A DNA stretch of 64,000 bases, taken from Tubulanus polymorphus. Lineage: Eukaryota; Animalia; Nemertea. Numbering within the stretch: the first letter of the stretch is position 1; each line of letters begins with the position of its first letter. The translations under genes were made by a program, and so were the position numbers. Below, piece by piece: positions 13,561-27,400 of this stretch. Location of the stretch: contig NC_134030.1 in the NCBI RefSeq assembly GCF_964204645.1, positions 4,754,778-4,818,777 of the forward strand, written 5' to 3'. The notes beneath the pieces were generated by a model. It had not been told where the DNA came from. It saw nothing but the letters and a program-made list of their open reading frames with translations, and did not search any database.

Positions 13561-16500
13561 AGATGCGCTTGTCGAAAATGATGGTGTCTGCACTCAAGGG
13601 TCAAGTCATGTCAAACGACTGTACCTGAAAACAGCCCTAATCGATTCACTCAGATTAACCAATAATTAACCCTCTCCTCACCAATCATAACTTGTTTCAT
13701 TTTCGCGCGGCTTCATGACATGTGTTTTAGATTTACGCATTATCATCAAATCGTGTTTTAAGTAATTACGATGACGACGATGGATTGAGTTAACGATGTT
13801 AATTAATACGTCGTATTACTATGAATAACGAGAGGAATAAATCGGTTAATTAGACCGTATCCTCATCTTGAATAATAATTAACACAATTCCGACGCGCCG
13901 CGCCGATGATGATTTCCGCGGTTTGTTTGTGCAGTGTCAGATTTTTTCCCACTGAAAGAGCGACGACGGCATTCTCAGAAATATAACATTTTAATGAAAT
14001 TTGAAACGCCATAACAGAAACCTTGCTGATGAATGAGGAGCCATTTGGATCTTGAAATAAGGAATTGTTCTTATTTATCTGATTGATTGATTTTGCGTCC
14101 ACCACACGTTCCAGAAATGAAACATGTTAACCCGAAGTCAAATAAGTAAATGCGAAGACTAGTGGTAGAAATTTGAAGGTTAAGCAAAACTCAGGTGGCA
14201 CTTAGATCCGATCTGATTGCCTGCGATTCGATATAAGGAACACTGATGTCTCATTCCTTACGACCCGTCGATTGATCAGATCTGATGCAACCTGAGTTAG
14301 ACTCTAGGCTTGATTTAATTAAAAATACCAGGTATCAATCAAAGCGCAGTAGCTTCATCGGGTAAATGAGGAAATGAGATCATTTACCTGTTCAATGAGA
14401 GTAAAGAGAACAGCCATTGAAGAAGGATCAGGTCATCGCAGGGAAGTTCCAGGCATAGAATTTTTGTAACAGCCATCGTCGGGCTAGGTGAAAATGAAAC
14501 ATAATTTTCCCAAAATGAAATTATCTATTCGCATTGTTCGGTAAGTGCTCAAAAAAGTGAACAACCCTTATTAACGCCGCTGCTCCGGCAAGCGAGCTGT
14601 AATGAGTAATTATGTTAAATATGTAACAGTATAGAATTACAGTACTAGGCACAGTACAGTGTAAAGCATAGTTGTTTAGAGGGGGTTGAGTAATGTTACT
14701 GTTGTATACATCAACCAAGTTTTCAATAAACACAACTCGCATGCCAGAGGTGGCTCCATTCTATATCAATAATCATAAGCAGCATCCCGAACCTAGAAAT
14801 TCACAGAGCACAGCGTTCCGTAATTTATGGACCAAATATCAGATTTTATACGTGATCATTTTTTCACGTCTGGTAATTGTTTATTCTATAGTACTATACA
14901 ATGGACTCCGGACGCGACGCCGATAAACTTTCAAAAGACGCCTCCCGAAAGATTGATACATTTCCGACAACAATCGCTAATAATAAGACAGTAGCGAAGC
15001 GAGTTCTTCGAAAAACGCGGGTTTTTCAATAGAAACCATCGCTCAATAAGACAGACAACCCACATTATACTGCCACCAGAAATAACCACGTAATTTCAAC
15101 AACAAAAATACATCCGACCTATTAAGCCTGGAATGATGACGATTCTCGTAGTAGAATTAATACGATTTCAATCTTCTGATCGAAGTCTCGATAAAAACTG
15201 CATTTTTCTTCATTCGCGAAATGAAAATAAGACGATTAAATCGATTCGATCGATAGCGTTCAGACGCTGTTGAGTGTAGTTATTGACGACGACGATTTCA
15301 GACCGGGCGAACGAAACGAACGAACAATCTCGATCGAGGCATCCTTCAAAAACCAGTTAGCCATTACCCCTGACTGACTGTAACCACTAGTTTCCATGGA
15401 AACCGATTAAAGAATTCATTATCTATGCGAGGGTGCGGAGAAAATATCTAAACTCCGGGAAAGGTTTTTCCGTATTATAGCATTATTGTACCCAGAATAC
15501 CTCGATAAACTGATACTTATCTGAAATTACCAAAGAGAGAGTAAAGAAGAGAGGCAGGTGCACTTACAAAATCAACATCTTAATCAACGATCAATTTCAG
15601 GTCTACATCGATATCATACTCAACAAGGTCATTGAAATTGGGACCTATAATCCTAACAGAGTGGGCACTTTTACTTTCCCTGACTATTCTACTGTTATTT
15701 GACTCGTTTTTTCTCGTTGACTATTTATTCCCCGACCTGCATGTTGTTTTCCCTGTCTTGATCTGCATAGAATCAAAAATTCATTAAGTCTTTACGGATT
15801 TTTGATAGAATGCAATCATCAAGTAACACGGTCAGAATACGTAAGACATAGACGAAAACTGTTTGATTCAACATGCGATCTAGAAATTTCAACAACTTTT
15901 CCCTGATTTTCAGCTTATTTACAAAATACACTGACTATCTTCTAACTTTTTTAAAGAAAAGAAATTCTCTGACTTTTTGCTGATTTCCAGGTAAGTGGCC
16001 ACTCCATCTAATCATATACGAAATAATCCGGGCAGTAAATACAAACTAAAGGCAGGATGAAAGTTTCAAATAACAGTAGATTAATATCAGCCTGCGGCAG
16101 GTATGTAACTAATTTATTAATATCAAAGTCGATGGCGGATTGTTTTTCACGACGTCGCCCTGTAATCAAATTTCATTTCTCAATCTTGAAGATCAAGGTT
16201 AGTGAATTGGTATCCTGCTGAAGGAAATTAGTGATTTCCTGATTTTAGCCATTTTTTTCATCATTAGTGTTCAATAGTTGCTAACAATAAGCAGACTGAA
16301 TTCCTGAGGGTATGAATTTGGTGACAAGGTAATGATGTGGACTTGACTGATGACATCAAATGATAACCAGGGTGGCCACTTTTTATCAATTTGACTTATT
16401 TTTTCCCCTTACTTTTGCCTGATTTTTCCCTGACAAATACCTTGACAAAATATAAGACATAGACGGAAACTGTTTGATTTTACGCAATCTCAACAAACTT

Positions 16501-18328
16501 CCTAGAGTTTCCCTGATTTTTAGCTTTTTTTCACAAAATTCCCCGACTATTCCATGATTTAAATAAAGAAAGGACATTTACCTGATTTCTAAGTAAGTGG
16601 CTATCTTGATTATAGATTTGACGATGAATTAAGAAAAGTTGTCAAAGTTCCTTAGATTCAAGTCAAATCATTTTAAAGAACTGTTCGAGGCATCGCTATT
16701 TCAGATTTCTGCAGGGAAGTTCAACCCAGAGCGTGGTTAATTTGGCAAATTTTTATACGATGAATGTTCGCATGTTTCTTCACGGGCGTCGGAATTCTAA
16801 AGAAATATTTCAATACGGATATAGAAACGCTACGGGCTACGAAGATGTAAAATATATCAATTACCGGTTAGCATTTTCCTCGAATTCCTGTCCAACCGAA
16901 AAACCAGATCATTTCCGCGTATAGAAGGTCGCTCCGTAAAGATTTTCATTACACGTGGGCGAAAACAACATACCTTACACGTGTTAAACAAATACCTGCT
17001 TTAGGTGATTCAAGGTATCTCAGAAAATACCGAAACATTCTCAGATCAGTGCGGATTCCATTTATTTCTCATCGAAATTCAAAACTTATATGTTTAAGAC
17101 ACGAATGAGATCATACAGTATGAACTATGTGAATTGATTATATTAGAATAGCCACACAGTAAGACGTGCAAAATAGATTATAAGATTAAAACCTAATAAA
17201 TGAAATCAATCTATGAAGAATTTAAATCTAAAGCCACTATGCATCTGCGTTTGTAAATAATTGAAATTACTTCCAGTCTTGATGAATAATATCATTGAGA
17301 AAAACCCACAATAAATTCGAACACCTGCAATTGTTCTTTTTTGATATTTTGGGCGGAATCCTTCCAGTCACATTCAGAGTTTATTTCAGAGTTTTAATTC
17401 AAATAAACTCCAATGGACGGAAGGATTGCAACCAAAACATCAGCTAAGAACAATAACAGTTAAATTGATATTGTGGGTTTCTGTTAATGAATTTCTGATC
17501 TCTAGAGAACATTGTCAGGGGTGAATAAATAACTTAAGGGGGGACAAATCAATTTGAGTAAATAATTGAGTGAGCAGGCCACTCAGTAACTCATTTGTTC
17601 CCCCTCTCATTTAGTATCACTTTACCTCAGATGGTGGTCAATAGAGCCCAAAATGCCTTGTTTCTTAATTCTAATTCTTGGTAAATATATTTCGTTTTTT
17701 AATCTTTCAAATTCTGCGTACAGTGGCTTTCAATCTGATTGTGAATTGATTACTTTCGAAAACGCTTGATTACTGACTGCGAAATCGACACAGAAATGAA
17801 ACGACGACAACGACACTGACTGAGTTTCAATGATTGATAACGCTTTGTTATGAAATCACGCGCGATTAATTCCTCGTATAATCTTATTTCGTCGCAGACC
17901 GAATCGAATTAAATTTTCCGAACGCGTTTTATGAAATTTCGAATCCGTGATTCATTCCCCGATTCACGACGTGATCCGCCGTATATAACACTGATGGGAA
18001 TTAGACGTTCTGACGGGTAGATTATAAATGATCTAAGTAAGCCACAGATAAAGATTCGATCTAATTCCATTTATGACAATTACTTGCTTTGTTTTTGTTC
18101 ACAGAACTATAAATTATGATCAGAGAGTCAAAGATAAAACTGAAGATGCTTCATCCAAACGTGACAGAAAACAATCATTTTTACTGTTTCTCATGAGAAT
18201 CACTTTTGGCGTGAATCCAAAGCAAGTATCTACACTAATCAGAATTCTATTCCATATATCCTAATATAAGGATCCCTTCTCCCTATCCCAATCCATTCTC
18301 TCCCCCTTCTCTCTCTTAAATCTATCCA

Positions 18329-18570
18329 CCTCCTCTCTCTCCCTCTCCCTCTCTCCCTCTCTCCCTCTCTCCCTCTCTCCCTCTCTCCCTCTCTCCCTCT
18401 CTCCCTCTCTCCCTCTCTCCCTCTCTCCCTCTCTCCCTCTCTCCCTCTCTCCCTCTCTCCCTCTCTCCCTCTCTCCCTCTCTCCCTCTCTCCCTCTCTCC
18501 CTCTCTCCCTCTCTCCCTCTCTCCCTCTCTCCCTCTCCCTCTCTCCCTCTCTCCCTCTCTCCCTCTCTCC

Positions 18571-18605
<35 letters not shown>
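18329..18605. repeat. Polypyrimidine (CCCTCTCT)n/(CT)n microsatellite
   Basis: Direct inspection. Confidence 0.95.
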
Positions 18606-19720
18606 AACTGGGATAGCTAAATGGCTTCTCGATCACCAGCTCATCCAGAAGCAGCTATCATCCAGAGACACAGAAGCCCTCAGCCACCCAGCTTTCTAAT
18701 CTGAGAACTAAGACCCTTCTATTCAGCTGTCATTGTATTTTCACTAAATCAGGAACCCAATTATAAATTGCCATCATCGGTCGATGTACACTAAGAATTG
18801 AACAACAATTGCGAGCGAGTACAATAATAAGAATGATTACTAGGAGACAGATATCGACGACGGATATTACCGGAATTCTGATTCAACTTCGATATTATTG
18901 GACCTGACTCAGTCGAATCAGATATTAGGTTATAGTGTATACAGCTATAATCCGGCAGCGACGATCTCTATCTCTATTGTTCGTCTGGTAAGAATCGCGC
19001 CATGTCACAAGACAGAATCGATAGATTCATCCGCCGGTGACAACTAACGTCTCCCGATTGAATGTTATATAAACGGCAAACTCTGTACAATAACGAGCAT
19101 CTGCGATCTTGAATAAAATGTCGGAGAACATTCCCAGATTTTTCTCCACTCATTCGTAGAGAAAACCGTGGATAACGGATGGGGCAGCATTGCACAGAAC
19201 CACCTCATGGTCACGGTCAGAACCACCTCATGAAATCACTTCACCATTTTACAAGATATATTTCATTGACTGAAGTGAACTGATATAAATCTCAATATAT
19301 AACGATAATGAGGTTTAGAATTAACCTCGAAACCGTTAGAAAATAATATTTTTCTATGAATCTACTGCAGATTTCTTTTTGATATATTTCATTATATCAA
19401 ATACTCACACGTATTTCATAAATTCTGTTTGACGCTTAATTCATGAATAAGTTCATCGAAATATTCCTAAAATTGTTGAATATTTCGTAAGAGCATTTCC
19501 CCCTCGCTGTGAGAAACAGACTCTTCAAGTTCTGAAGCACCAGTCCTTTGTTTATGATTGATGTTAAAATCACATCGGCCAATTTCCTGTCTCGGTGTTT
19601 GTGCTTTCGATGCACCGCAGAGAAAAGAGAAAATAACCATCTCTCAAGAAATCGGCAGTCGTAATCACTGAGGAGTCAGTATGCGTGCAACGGTCATCAT
19701 CATATACGCAGTAAACAAAC

Positions 19721-19960
19721 ACCCCAATCAGTCGCCTGTCAGTTCTGGCTGGTTGGATGATTGTTCGAATGAACCGCAACCAAATTTCCAAATCATGTAC
19801 TTCGATTTAAACAAAATTCTCTGTAAATTCGACTGCAGATCACACAACTGTATCTGTACTTTGATGTACTCCCATTTCCGATTTTCAAAATCAAACCCCC
19901 TGTTTCGCTCCCGGCAGGTGTGGTGGGTTTGTAAGAGACACCAAATCAAGACAAATGAAA
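19721..19960 (+). mobile_element. Interspersed SINE/LINE-tail-like repeat (second copy about 27123-27375; 3' remnant on the minus strand about 53730-53795)
   Basis: Shared ACCCCAATCAGT...TCAAAATCAAACCCCCTGTTT...CCCGGCAGGTGTGGTGGGTTTGTAAGAGACACC followed by a (CAAAT)-like tail. Confidence 0.6.
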
Positions 19961-21855
19961 TGAAATCTACTGATCAATTAAATGACATTGATAAACAAGC
20001 TGAAAGAACAAATTTACATACGAGCTATGAAAGGAATATGTAAAATTGATAACCGAAAAATCATGAAAACAGCGTGTAACTGAATATGTGAGAAAGGTCG
20101 TTTTGCAGGGATCCACTGTAAACACAAGGCACAAGGTAATCAGTATTCGAAAAAGTTTCGTTAAACTTGGTCCAGCAGTCGATTCGACATTCTACCATCG
20201 CAAATGGTATTTTCATGTCTTTTGACTATCCCAATCAGCGTCGGGTAACTTAGCTGTTACCCATATCAATATTAGACCCGCCGTTTTCGTAAACAGCGCC
20301 AGTGTTTCACATTCTATTGCGAGATAGTTCCCAGCAGATAATCCCCATTATTATCATAACATATAAGCTATTTATTTAGATATAATAGCGTTATTTACCA
20401 GCGATGATAACCGCGCAGTTGCTCACGTAGACCGAAGAAAATAAATTTTGAAAAAATTTCCTAATGACAATGTTTATTTTTCTACATTGGAATAAGCTCG
20501 CTGCTACGAGGAAGGCATTATTCGAATATGATTTCACGGGTCATTTAGTTTTTTGTTATCACCGACTAAGGACTGTTTTCCTTAAAGTACATCATATTTT
20601 TGTAGCTCGAAATAACAAAAGCAGCTCTTAACATAGCGTCCTTTGGGTCCTTTTTATAACGCAGTTGTTGGTTCCTCCGGGCAAACCGTTTCTTTGAGCA
20701 GTGCCAACATTCTAACAACAGCACATCCCATATGAAGCTGCTTCATCCTTAAAATCAAAATTCAATAACAATTTTTTCCAAAGGGATTTATAACAATTTT
20801 TCCCTAAATCTTTCAAATGACATTAATGTTATTAGACTGAAGTAGACCCTAATCTCACTATCAGCGCTTCCTGTCCAAGGATGGCTTCGAAAAAAATGTG
20901 AAAAATATTGTGATTATCATTCAGATTCGGCTGCTGTAGTTTTAATAACAGTCACAGTAAGTGTGTATCTGATTGTTATTAATGTTCAGCTGGGGACGAC
21001 ATTTTTATGTTTTCATGATGAAATCATCGTTAAAACGCTTGAGATTATTATCGCTTTATCAGCGAGCCATATGTCAGGCGTTAGGGCCTGTAAACTAGTT
21101 GTTTTATCGGAATATGTATCAGATATATTCTATCATGTTCAACTCTAGTTTTATTACAGAAAAGGCTAATTTTAATTGAGATATATATTTTCGCTTATTT
21201 CAATCCTAGAATTACAGAAAATGCCAATTTCAGTTTAGTTATATGTTCAATCCTAGTTTTATTACAGAAAAGGCCAATTTGCAGACTAAAACTCCGTTGC
21301 TACATAACCTAACTACCAACTACTGAACACCACCTGCCTGTGTCCATCTCTTAGAATCTACAGGGTCAGCTCTGGACCTAACACCTGCTACCACAGAGGT
21401 TTGCTATAACTTCACTCCCAGCATGGACGCACAATGTTCCCTACATCTCAACACAGCATCTATACACAGCATCCCTACACAGCATCCATGCACAGTATTG
21501 AGAGGTCAGTAGGATAATGTACTAAAATATAACTGGTCAGTGAGCAGAGATTTCTTCTTTCCACCTTATTGTTGTATCCATAAGAATTCTTGAAATTGCT
21601 CAGTAAATGAATAGAGTATGACTATCGATGGTAGGGTTTTTAGAATTGAGAAGTCCTAGCGCTGTTCACCCTGGTCCAGGTGAGCAGGTGAATGGTTATT
21701 TGTATGAATAAACTGCAGAGTATTATCAGAATGAACGTTGTAGATACAGTTACGAGCTGCAGAGAGAGAGAGTGAGAGTGAGAGAGAGGAGAGAATGAAC
21801 AATCTACAAACATTCCAACCCTTAACGTGTTTAAAAGAAACAAACCCACATCTGA

Positions 21856-21886
<31 letters not shown>

Positions 21887-22760
21887 CACACGAGAGAGTG
21901 AGGTTAAGAAACCTATAGGCCATTCAGTACATAAATACAGGGGACATTTAAGTACATTTAGCAATGTAGCTTCCACATATCCTAGAATATAGGAAGGATT
22001 ACCAAACTACTAGACCTAATGATTTCTAGTAAAGGAATGTAGCATCGTAAGGGAACTTATGAAAATTCCCCGAAGCATATAAACCGGCGTAATTAGCTAA
22101 TATGATTGAATTTGACTATGAATTCATAATTAAGACGGTATTCTGTGGTACATTGTGAGAAATGTTTCAATCCACTGGTCATCGGTTTGTAACACGATTA
22201 CTCAGACTGTTTCTCAGAATAATCGACCAAACAGCCATAAACACAAACACTGCGGCGCGAATATAGTCAATTAAACTCATAAAATACCCACGAAAACCTT
22301 AAACACTAAAACATCGACGGCTTTATACGAACCATAAAAATCCAATCAAATCCACGCTCTCAACATTCCAATTTGTGCATGTTCGTACAGATTTATGTTG
22401 GAAGCTTATAAGACGTATTTACGAAGAAAGCTTAGAGCTTTAAGATCCATATTCAATGAAAATGTCATACGTTGACATCATAATTATTTGCATAAACTGA
22501 AGTCACTTAACTACTATCCTCTTTCTTTGACCTTTCTTACAATTGATACCATGTAAATCTGGGTAACTTTATAAATATGATACGATGATAAACGTAATTT
22601 CATACAGTTGATAGTCATAATGTCACCCTCAATATCTGGAATCAAAACTCGAGCGTATCAAACAATCCCTCTCGAAAATAGCTTACCTACCCCGCTCACA
22701 TTTCATTACTAGCCCACAAAAAGGCTAGATGTAATTTCTATGGTAACAGTAAATACTCAC

Positions 22761-23294
22761 TTCGCACTGGGTTTTTCGCGGGGATATCTTTTGTCTCGTC
22801 TCGAATAAAACTAATCGAATAATCCCGAGTCAGAAACAATAACTATCCGATATACGAACAATGAATCAGGAATAACGGTTCATATACCACTACTCTCCGC
22901 GAGTCAAACTTATCTTCGCTCTCCGAATAAAAATACGATTAAGTATTTCACTTATCCGCTTTCCATTCATGCGATGATAAGCTCTACGGTAAGACGACAA
23001 CCGCGATAAGTTTTTTATTCCCAGACTCTCGGCGGTAAGAGAGAGATAGAGTTATATGAAGAGTTAGATCCTCAGTTTTTCACCAGCGTTGTGATGATGA
23101 TGATGATGATGACGATCTGATCGCGTGGTGGATACAACTTCTTCTATGCCGGGAGTATCTTTTGTTGCGTTGCTAACACGCTCTATAATTAAGCACAGTG
23201 TGTGTACACGCACTCTCTACACACATGAATGTCAGAATAGTTCGTTCTCTCTCGCGAACTCATTATACTCCGTTTCCAATTCAATACAAACTGA
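22761..23294 (-). promoter_or_regulatory. Candidate first (non-coding) exon and TSS of the Ig receptor gene
   Basis: Donor GTGAGT at 22760-22755; Inr-like TCAGTT at 23294-23289; CpG-richer stretch upstream with two CCGGCGCG motifs (about 23329 and 23359). Confidence 0.4.
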
Positions 23295-24344
23295 TACGTA
23301 AACAGCCGTGTGCAAAACTAATTCCTTCACCGGCGCGTACAGCGAGGTACAAAACAGACCGGCGCGCATTTTGACCACGGATTTGAGGCCTATAGCGAAT
23401 TATGTGACTACGATTAAGACATGAATTGTGAACAGGCTTAACCTATAAAGAACCGGTTGGTCACCCCCGTTGGCAAAATCTAAACCGGCAACAATTTGAC
23501 CTGGTTTTTTTTCGGCACGGGATGCGTCACTTTTCCTTCGAAGAGTTTGACGCGTTAAATTACAACAAATGAACAATGTCGCCATCGTCCGGGCGACGGG
23601 CGACTTACAGACTGGTATTGTTGGACTATGGCAACCGCTATTGTCAAACTAGGTCGACGCGGGGTTGTCTCCTCGCGAGAGGCAGCCACGAAAAATCGGA
23701 AAATTTCTCATTCTTCTGCGGCGACAAAAAACGAGACAGTTGGACATTTTTAAGATTAAAAATCCATCGCTAATTCAATTTAAATCCGGGAGGCAATAAA
23801 CACCGTCTCTTTTTATCACGCTTCAGACTTCAAAATCATTACATAACAAATAGAGAATAGAATCGCGTGGTTCCCTGGATAGATCAGCAAATATGAGAAC
23901 GAGTTAGGATTGATTTACAGTTGTCATCACAGTCTATACAAAAAACAACCCCACAATATTGACCAAGCAACAATAACGACACAATCCGTTTCACTGACTT
24001 TTCCAGGATAGAAAAAAACTCAAAACTTCAGTTTCTGAAAATGGCTCATAGATTTGAGACAAAATGTTAGAACCAGGGGCGGATCCAGGGACCACTGTCG
24101 AGGGTAGCACAACTTATAAAAAGGGCATTTTGAAATCTAAAGGGCTCTCTGAAATGTTAAAAATCTGCTTTTTGCTGCAAATCCCAGGCAATTAAAGCCC
24201 TGACGCGAAGTGCTTTCTAGCATTTTAACTGCATTGAGATGTAGTTTCCAGGAAATAAAGACAAAATCTTGAAGAATTATGTGCTTATTGTTTAAAATCA
24301 TCTACCTCGTCTATTATTTACATTGGACTCGTCAGAAACCAACA

Positions 24345-24453
24345 GGATCCATTTCCATATTTGTGAGTTAGTGTTAACTCTGAGTTAAAGTTAGTTCATT
24401 TTCAATGAGTTGACTTGAGTCAAATCTTAACTCAGAACTGCGGAACTGGATCC
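24345..24453. mobile_element. Short palindromic MITE-like element (fragment also at 1-40)
   Basis: GGATCCA.TTCCA.A.TTGTGAGTTA...TAACTCAGAACTGCGGAACTGGATCC inverted ends. Confidence 0.5.
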
Positions 24454-27400
24454 AGTTGTTTTAATTGATATTGTGGGTTTCATTTTATGACATTATTTCT
24501 ATTCATCTTCAGAGATTAATTCAAGCGAAAATATTTTTTTGAATAATTCTCAGAAAATGGATAGAAATGTCTACAAATCCAAAACATCGAAGTGAAACAG
24601 ATCGTTGTTTGTCAATATTGTGGGATTTTTTTATATACGCAAGAATGAGTTTCTTATAAAAGGCCAGACATCGCAAAAAATATGATTTCGATTATGAATC
24701 AGACCTGATTTTCAGATGCCGGGGAAAAAAGTTAGCTAAGTTGCGTGGAAACTACTTGCTGCGCACTACATTCATTAACCTAACCCGTAATAACAACATA
24801 GCTTTATAAACAGTCAATTATACGTTGAAACCTCACATGTAATTAACCCCGTTCTGATACAATTACTATATTAATCACTTTGATTTATAACATCTGTACG
24901 GTTTAGGCCTATAGCCATTTTTCCGCCGAAGTACTTTTTTCAGGGCAGGGGTGGATCCAGGGTCCAATTTAGACGATCTCGCCAAAGGAAAAAGTGGTTA
25001 TTTTCTGTAAAAAAAGACGCATTATAGGAATCAAAGCCATTCACAAAACGGTATTAATATCAAGCGGAACCATGAAACAGTGGCTGATAGAAACTGCGTA
25101 TCTAACTAGTGGAATGTTGGCCAAATGCCCGTATGCTGTTTCCTGGTGCAATTTTTTTTAGGGACAAGGGCCTCGATCCTCACCTATCAACTCATTGGAT
25201 TTGATGCGCTTCAAAATCTACTCCTCACGTGTTAAAGATTTCATACACGTTGTCAATTATTTTAGCCTAACCTGAAAAAGGGCATTTCAGATTTTTCCTC
25301 CTGGCAAAGCACCCTGGCTGCAACCCTGCAGTTGGTGAGGGTAGACGTATTTGGCGGATGCGATGCGGAGATGGGGTATAGATCCAAAGACACAAACAAA
25401 CACGAAAGGGCCCCTATGGGTTGAAATATTGAAAGTTTGCAGTAGTGACCAGCGCTGAACTACAAAACAGTATCCTGGACCAGTTTCAAATTACAGTAGA
25501 TTCTGTTTAGCCCGAAGTCCTCGGATTAATGCGTGCCCCGACAATATATTACAAATAATCTCACTCCAATTCACCGTGATAATGAACAAACCCTGCTCCA
25601 AACCCTGCTCCAGAATTCGTATCCCTCAGAGAGAATTAATCGGTCGCCCTAGAGACAAACAGAGTCTAATGTATTCAAAACAATTTGGAAACAAACTAAC
25701 TTTAACTGCAGGACCTCGAAATGTGGAGATTCGAGACCACGAGAATAAGTAAAGGCAACAAAACTCCTGCCTATTATGAGAGATAAAATCCCGATCGATA
25801 GGTTTACTCGGTTCCCGAGTTCGAAGCAGCAGGTTTAAATCTTTTCAAGAAGTGAAACGGGGTAAATAACTGTTCGATTCATTCCTGAAAACAGCATTAA
25901 CAACCAACAAACAGAACGAAGAAGAAAAAATAATTTACGAGTTAAAACCAGTTGTTTCAAGGATAAATCATCGACTCTTTTCAAGTTTTTCTCCCTCCCA
26001 TGTGGCGCGGAAGCCATGAAATGCAGATTTTTACCGACGTGTGGAAACGTGTAACAGAAAATAGCGCACAAGCACGCAAACCGCACTAATCCGATAGTAA
26101 ATAATTCTAAATATAGAGGGCAGTGTTGAAACGCTTACTCGAAGAGATGGAAATCTCGAAGATGTTTATTGATATCTATTGGCAGATTTACGTGCTCGCC
26201 TAAAAGTGCGAGGAAAAGAATTTGTACCAATCAGTTCCAACGCAAGTGTGTCTTCAAACGAGTTGCCTTCTTAAGTACTTCACTTTTCCACATAATCTGC
26301 AGGGAGACCCAAAGACCAATGATAGACAAAATGTCTGACCACCGACGTATAAACTAGACCAATGAAGGATCCGGCTTGATTTGGTGCTCCCCTGCATGGG
26401 CGTCACTGAGGGAGTGCAGGGGTATGAGCGAACCCCTATTTAAATCCAAGTTCCGCATATTTTCTAGTTCCAAATTTCGTATTTTCACATGCCGGAAATT
26501 TCAGAGATATTTTACTCTCTCGAGATTCGAATTTCAAAAATAAAGACAATAAGAACATTCAAGCATTTTCGATGATTCAGAAATGCTCGTTTGCCTTCGA
26601 CGCTCGGCAGATACAGCGCAAAGTATGGCATACAGTTCCTCTTGTATTACATCTGGACCCCTTTAAAAGATCATAGTGACGACCCTGCCCTGATATCAGG
26701 GTACAATATGCCCTCTAATGCAGCATCAGCGTTGCTGCTGAGTCGCAGTCATTTACTATGGTATTTTTATTTGTTATGTAATGGAATTGACGTGAGATTA
26801 TTTATAAATGTCACTATACGAACCTTATCGAATTATACAACACTGATTCAATTATGCACAACATACATATACATATATACCGGTGCTACAGGAATACACC
26901 CTGTTTTATTTCAGCCCTAGAAATAAAATAAATGTTCGCTTTTTAATCTAGTCAACAGGCGGGACAATAGACTTACAGGACTTCTACATCGACGTATACC
27001 TGAGAAATACTACAATCGGGCTATTTACACGTGAAATACAACCAAAAAATATAGAATTGGACAAAATGCTGTAATCATTTCCAAAATTGTGAGGTATCAT
27101 TGTGAGGCAGCCGACATAATTAACCCCAATCAGTTGTTTGCCAGTTCAGGTTGGTTGGAGATTGTTTGAATGATCAGGTTGGTTGGAGATTGTTTGAATG
27201 ATGCGGAACCAAATTTCCTAATATGTACTTCTATTCAAACAAAAAATTCTGTAAATTCGACCACCGATCACAAAACTATGATTCTCTTTCAGATTTCAAA
27301 ATCAAACCCCCTGTTTCAATCCCGGCAGGTGTGGTGGGTTTGTAAGAGACACCGAATCAAAACAAATCAAACCAAATCTCCTAATCGAAAAAATAACGAG

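Noticed and set aside
18239-18607. RE/GRE-repeat protein
   Set aside because: Translation of a CT-rich microsatellite.
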